A stretch of 64,000 nucleotides of DNA, taken from assembly GCA_030390025.1 (NCBI GenBank), contig CM059431.1:130760001-130824000 (forward strand), written 5' to 3'. Source of the DNA: Squalus acanthias. Its lineage: Eukaryota. Both the position numbers and the translations under genes were made by a program. Under the pieces are notes generated by a model, which saw only the letters and a program-made list of their open reading frames with translations, did not search any database and had not been told where the DNA came from. This document shows positions 63,757 to 64,000 of this stretch, piece by piece (positions within the stretch are counted from its first letter, which is position 1; each line of letters begins with the position of its first letter).

Positions 63757-64000
63757 TCAAAGGAAGATGGTTGTGGTAGTTGAAGGTCAATCATCACAGC
63801 CACAGGACATCGCTGCAGGAGTTCCTCAGGGCAATGTCCTAGGCCCAACCATCTTTAGCTGCTTCATCAATGACCTTCCCTCCAACATAAGGTCAGAAAT
63901 GGGGATGTTCGCTGATGACTGCACAGTGTTCAGTGACATTCATAACTCCTCAGATAATGAAGCAGTCCATGCCCGCATGCAACATGACCTGGACGACATT
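63757..64000 (+). mobile_element. LINE family B RT fragment, cut by the window end
   Basis: Reverse complement of ~24605-24845. Confidence 0.9.

Overview
Eukaryotic, non-genic DNA that is mostly transposon-derived. It is probably from a cartilaginous fish: it carries HE1-like V-SINE and SacSINE1-like Deu-SINE copies and many CR1 LINEs (family names are from recalled consensus sequences, not searches). I found no host exon, tRNA/rRNA gene or CRISPR array; every recognisable ORF is a TE fragment. Main contents: (1) a decayed full-length Gypsy provirus (1064-9578, minus) with ~136-bp LTRs, a tRNA-Ser(GCT) PBS and four nested insertions; (2) two near full-length CR1 LINEs with esterase-type ORF1 (37895-45342 minus, ~48010-55112 plus) plus many truncated copies; (3) PIF/Harbinger elements (Myb/SANT + HARBI1-like nuclease) and their MITEs; (4) an old RTE, L2 fragments, Penelope remnants, a solo LTR and a TA-flanked MITE. 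Most interesting signals: an apparently ORF1-less LINE that starts with a tRNA-like Pol III head and has a matching head+tail SINE nearby; minimal hammerhead ribozyme motifs, one in a 92-bp insert with a 9-bp direct repeat; an LF-SINE-like element; and perfect 65-bp TATA-containing monomers at a CR1 5' end.
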